Shown here piece after piece: positions 63,251 to 64,000 of a stretch of DNA of 64,000 nt. Source of the DNA: Haliotis rubra (lineage: Eukaryota); NCBI RefSeq assembly GCF_003918875.1, contig NW_025766514.1, positions 868,001-932,000 on the forward strand. Direction: 5' to 3'. Position 1 is the stretch's first letter. Each line of letters begins with the position of its first letter. The position numbers were made by a program, and so were the translations under genes. The notes under the pieces were generated by a model that searched no databases, was not told the DNA's origin, and worked only from the letters and a program-made list of their open reading frames with translations.

Positions 63251-63854
63251 ACTCAACCTCGGGCAGATTGAGCATGAGTGTTGTGTTAAAACTTCTAACA
63301 TAAGCTGGTCTGTCATTCTCATTAATGTCTGTGAAAATTACAAATCTTTACTCCTAAATAACCTCCCTCAACAATGGGCAAGATACTGCAGAGAGCAATA
63401 CCAAACATGCTTAATGAAATTTCTGTTCCTTATTTTACGGAAAAAGGTATAAACGTCTTGCAGGAAAGTAATTGGTTGGTCCAGAATGACTGGTAAGCTG
63501 TGTGTGGTGTGAGAGGAATCACGTGGACTACCTATTGAATCCTGTGGTAAAGTCTGTGGTATTCTTGTGGACACAGCCAGGATGGAGAGGAGTGTTCGGC
63601 TGGCAGAACACAATCTCAGCTTAGGTTCTAGCATTTAAAAATCAATACCATACTTAATCGGTTCTTAACGCCAACAACCGGCTCCATTCCATCCCTACTA
63701 AGGAAGAGAAAAACGTAGACAAGATAGGTGACAGCTCAAGAATGCAAATATTACTCTTTGCCTCAAGCAGCATCTTTATTTCTCTGTGCTACCATACATG
63801 TATGTTGAAGTACTTTAATAATAACTCAGGAAAGAGTGAATGTTCAGCCTGCAG

Positions 63855-64000
63855 TGGTAGAGCTGATACAACAGTAATACAACTGATACAACAGTTGTAC
63901 AACTGGTACAGAAATGGTACAGATGGTACAACACAGTGGTGCAGCTGGTACAATATAGTCGTATAGCTGGTACAACAGTGAGGTACAGCTGGTACAACAA
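63855..64000. repeat. Degenerate tandem repeat (GCTGGTACAACAG-like), runs off the window end
   Basis: direct. Confidence 0.75.

Overview
Eukaryotic, repeat-rich animal genomic DNA. The SINE, Helentron-like and MITE repertoire resembles a gastropod mollusc such as abalone; this is an inference from recognised repeat types, not a database result. There is one host protein-coding gene, on the minus strand at 13484->2369. I reconstructed 14 GT-AG coding exons by hand, giving a ~614-aa 12-TM SLC6/NSS-family (neurotransmitter:sodium symporter) protein. It keeps the family exon phases and loop motifs but lacks the canonical TM1 GLGNxWRFP and TM8 GLDS ion/substrate-binding motifs. Continuity needs two single-base corrections, both in 6-nt G/C homopolymers. 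Four of its introns consist mostly of minisatellites whose unit is a copy of the adjacent exon-intron junction, so each array carries many decoy splice sites. The remaining ~50 kb (14-64 kb) has no supportable host CDS. It holds about 10 large minisatellite arrays, several SINE families (tRNA-derived, Meta/MESC-like, a 5S-rRNA-derived one, and one without a tRNA head), many MITEs with TIRs/TSDs, Helentron-like elements, a Rex1/Babar LINE 3' fragment and a decayed ZBED1-like hAT transposase. Almost all long ORFs in the supplied track are repeat artefacts.
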